A DNA stretch of 63,195 nt, filler included, from Basidioascus undulatus (lineage: Eukaryota): assembly GCA_000826855.1 (NCBI GenBank). It is 14 parts of 14 records of this genome, joined end to end, with 100 filler letters (N's around TTAATTAATTAA, not from the genome) between each part and the next. Parts side by side here need not be neighbours in the genome. Positions count along the whole stretch, not along the records: positions 57,253 to 60,174 come from JTLS01002590.1; positions 60,275 to 63,195 come from JTLS01002591.1; 12 more parts are not named here. One strand, written 5' to 3'. The notes under the pieces are model-generated. The model saw nothing but the letters and a program-made list of their open reading frames with translations, was not told where the DNA came from and did not search any database. Shown one piece after another: positions 59,481-63,195 of this stretch. A program made the position numbers and the translations under genes. Position 1 is the first letter of the stretch. Every line of letters starts with the position of its first letter.

Positions 59481-60306
59481 CTCGGCTGCAATCTGCAGCG
59501 ATTTCCATCGCTTGACAAGCTGGGGTCGCACAGTCTTCACTCTCTTCTCAAAGCAGATCCGCCAAACCACTTTCCTACAACGGCGCGTGTCGGTGAATAT
59601 TTGTTTTCGGGGATTCCGAAACTGAAGTTCGAGTTTTCAGATCGAGCTTTTCTTGGCTCCCACACCTTCGCAGTTGCTGGGTGACTGGAACTGTCCACAG
59701 CACTCTGGCAGCTCTACCACAGGATGCACGCAAACCGCTAGATTGCTGAAGATGGAGGCAATGTGAAGGTGTAGGGTGATTAGAGGCTAATATTTGTCAT
59801 GGGATTATATAATATGTCTATTGCGACGACGCTTTTCGTCTGTTTCGCATTTACAGGGGGTAGGTAATTTGCACTCTGTTGAGCACGGTCATACAATGGA
59901 AACCGAAGCACTACACAGTTTATATGGCTCCATGCGTGGATATGTTCAAATCAAAAGGGTGCTGCGCCGAAAATCTGTGCTCCTCTGAAAATCTGATAGC
60001 TGCCATCCACCGTTCGGTCCAAGCTCAAGAGGTTGTCTGCTGCCTTGTTCGGTTTGTGCTTTCCCAGATTTCCCTCACCCCCTCTCCCCAGGAGGTGGAT
60101 TCCCATCAGGAGGTGGATGGAGGTGTTCCCCATCCACCTCCTTCCCTCTTCCTGCACAGACCAGACATAAAAAANNNNNNNNNNNNNNNNNNNNNNNNNN
60201 NNNNNNNNNNNNNNNNNNTTAATTAATTAANNNNNNNNNNNNNNNNNNNNNNNNNNNNNNNNNNNNNNNNNNNNTGTGATGGAGATGGATGATGGTGAGC
60301 GGGGCG

Positions 60307-60316
60307 GTTTATATAT
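60307..60316 (-). promoter_or_regulatory. TATA box (TATATAAA on minus strand) of a gene lying beyond the contig end
   Basis: The plus strand has TTTATATA about 30 nt from the contig start, followed on the minus strand by C/A-rich 5'UTR-like sequence. Confidence 0.35.
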
Positions 60317-63195
60317 GGCTCAGAGGAGAACCACAACAGCGGATGGGTCGGCGGGAGGCAGGAGCAGGCTGAAAGCTATTGGAAAGGTGAGGATACATCA
60401 GGGTAGCAATCCACAGGATGGCGGATGGCGGAAGGCGGATGGTCAGTCTACTAGCTCACAAACAACAGTGTTTCAAAACACGAGAGGCGGCACACAGGCG
60501 CACGGTGTTCGAAAGGCTCCTCAAGGTCAAAAAGCATACAATATGTGAACCTCTTATTTAACTGTAGTAACGTGCAGGTCGAGGAAATGTCCCCAATATC
60601 TCGCTGAACCGTATAGATGCGGATTATACCGGTTTACAGCTTGTCACGGGGCTGCTTCTGCAACCCCCGGTCGCTCGACCCATACCAACACCCCCCTCTT
60701 CGCCATTGCGCGTCCAGCACTCGAAAGTGTGTGAAATAATTCCTCCCTGAGAAGAGAGCACACAAAATAGAAGCTGGTGCTGAAGAACTCCGGCAGTTGC
60801 GGAGGATGACAAGTGTCACCGCTAGAGCTGTTGTCCTGCTGAAATCAATGCCTCTGTGTGGCATCTGCCTGAAGCTGCGCGGCAGTTTCTCGTGACTTGT
60901 GGCCTGGCATCAGAACCATGGCAGGTGCTACAGATCGCACAACATCGATCATGGCTTGTTTCCAACATCCTACGGATTTCGCAGCAACCTGAAGGAGAGA
61001 GAACCACAGCAGGTCCAAAGTCGCCTTCCGCCTGTAAGCAAAAGACAGGCTGTCTTTCCGATTTATCAAAAACATAAAGATAGCGCCTGGTGCGTCTGGC
61101 TATACTGTGTGAAGGAGGCGCATGTTGGGAATTAAAAGTTGTCTGCTGTGTTTTGGCTCAGGAAGTTAGGGTTTAGGAAGTCAAACTTGGTGGGGGCTGG
61201 CACAGGTCGCAGAGAATATGAGGATTCACGCGAGGGAGCAATTGCGCTCGTCATGGATGGAGTCCAAATTTTCAACCGCAAGGCTTTACCTGCTAACCGC
61301 TCTTCTGCAATTTGTTGCTTCCATCCAAAGTTGTTGCTTTCACCCAAAGTTCATACCTACGATGAACATGCAACATGTCACTGCTCCGTTTCAAGGCTCA
61401 ATACCCACAAAGGGCAGGATGTCTTGTCAGGTTATTTCATAAAAAGGGGGAGCAAAAGAGAATATCAAACGCGACTCATGGTTGGTTGCCTTTACACATT
61501 TGCATCTCTACGGAAAGCCAGCCCATTGGGTCTGCCGTGTGCCAGCCATGATGCACATACTGCCTTTGCACCCTACTTTTAATTATGGCGTACCATTTGA
61601 GGCGACTTGGTAAAATATGGATAAGTGTAACGAATCGAGCGAAGGCAAGGCAGACCGGCAGCAGGGATTACCGAGCAGACGAAACGGAGGGGGCAAAAGC
61701 CGATGGTATAGGAGCAACAGCTTAGGACAGGCGGAAAAAAGGCACCAGAGCTGTTTTGAATGGGGACGTTAAGTGCGGCTTCATGTAAATTGAGAGTGCG
61801 ATGATATGGTTGTGAACATGTCATTAGGCTGTACTTAATCGGTATGGTTCGAGTGGGTGTACTTTAGCGACTCAAAGCCACCCTGACGTTCTCAGTTGCT
61901 CTGTTTCAAATGTAGACATGTACCATGCAGAATGCAGTCAATTGCCCCAAGACGGCTTGGTCATGTTGCAGCCCGTTGTCGATACCAACTCCCTAGTAGA
62001 CAATCCTCCTTTGGCGACTCGGGGTGGTTGTTGGTGTTCGCCTGAATTCACCCTATAGCAAGCTGCTACCCTAGCTTTTACTACCGGCGTATACTCGTGC
62101 ACCCACCTAATAGGCAAGGTTAGGCGTTAAGAGCTCTGCTAGGCGAGGAGATCAGTATGAGTTCAAATGAGCGCAGGGAATTGCTGTGGTGTCGACGTCA
62201 CGCAGACGGAGGAAACAGCCCCAGACGGGACGGTGAGACGGCAAACGCGGAGGACAAGAGAAATCATGTCGAATGAATGTATGGATGTTGACCAAGCCTC
62301 AGGCGTGTTTTATCATGTCCATCAAGTGGCAAGTCGTGGTTGTGGTATAGTGCGTAAAGTCGGTGGGGTAAGAGCGCGAAATGAAGCCATATATGAGAGT
62401 GAGAAACGAAGAACCACCGTAAAGACAAGGGGGCGGAAGGAGGAAGAGACATACATGCACATGCGGTAGAGTAAAAGCTAAGCGGATTGCGATGAGAGTA
62501 TGAGAGTTGAGAGTAGTGCGCGGGCAGCGGCCGCCTGTGCCGTGGGAAAAGATGAGGGTGATGTCGGGCAGGGAATCGACGTGGAAGAGAACAGGGAAGG
62601 CGAAGCGCAGTAGGGTAGATGAGCGACATGACAAGATGGACGTTACGTCATCGTCGATGCACGCTGGACCTTGATCTCATCCCAGTCCTCCTCCCCAACT
62701 CCCCACCGTTCCCACCATTCAACATCCCGCTCACGTTCCTTGTCGCAAGCTCGAGCGCGGTCGCATCGCTCGGGCTCTGTTGCCTGCTCAGCTGCTCGCC
62801 TAAGCCCAATTCCTTCTTCCCGGCCCCACGCAGCGTCGCGAAGAGGCCGTGTCCCGCAATCACACCCACGATACTCAAGCGGCACAGTCTCCTCAAGCAA
62901 GAACCACGCGTCCTCCGTCCTCGGGTCCGCCGGATCACCAGGCTGCTTCATTCTTGGGTTCTTGGGTGATATTTGGTGTGAGGGCCTGAACTGGACCTGT
63001 AATCCCCGTTCCTTATCGCATCCTCCACCTCTCATCAGCCTCCGTTCCTTTCCTCTCTCTTCCCTCCCCCTCTTCTCCTCTTCCTTCTCCTGCCCCTGCC
63101 ACCATCCCTTCTTGCGGGAACTCGCGCTTCATGCTCTGGCGCTCGAAGCGGCTTCACCTCAGGCATGGTTCAGTCTTCGTGTGCTTGAGAGCCGC

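Noticed and set aside
62012..62024. TGGCGACTCGGGG as an LTR primer-binding site
   Set aside because: No preceding CA-ended LTR, paired LTR or gag ORF could be identified.
62643..63131. Minus-strand ORF(s) at the window end
   Set aside because: Low-complexity purine-rich sequence with no recognisable domain or consistent splice structure.

Overview
This is eukaryotic, not prokaryotic, DNA: a GC-rich, intron-rich basidiomycete fungus (donors GTGCGT/GTACGT/GTGAGT, CTGAC/CTAAC branch sites, short introns). The window is an artificial concatenation of 14 unlinked contigs joined by 100-nt N44-TTAATTAATTAA-N44 spacers. One contig is 23.8 kb and thirteen are about 2.9 kb, so adjacency across spacers means nothing. 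Manual splicing gives these recognisable genes, many cut by contig ends: DUF938/METTL26-like methyltransferase, PMS1, a DUF1774-like membrane protein, GPI16, an ANCHR/ZFYVE19-like B-box protein, a GNAT, DUF726/TMCO4, an ER FKBP (FPR2), a C365.16-like mitochondrial protein, a TAF3-like histone fold, a SMYD/Set5-like SET protein, VMA4, MOG1, SRV2/CAP, GPC1, SWS2, a CHORD-CS co-chaperone and an IST1-like C-terminus. Between these clean genes lie decayed sequences: at least five F-box/LRR pseudogenes, a DHA1 MFS pseudogene, Ty3/gypsy and gag relics, MITE-like inverted repeats and a decayed ~24-bp repeat. The standout is at 48177-48250 (minus strand). The complete 3' half of a tRNA (probably Trp) lies upstream of its own 5' half, separated by one nucleotide. 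This is the architecture of a circularly permuted tRNA gene, which I do not know from fungi. The contig ends at tRNA position 33, so a partial tandem duplication is not excluded. All family calls come from motif recognition, not database searches.
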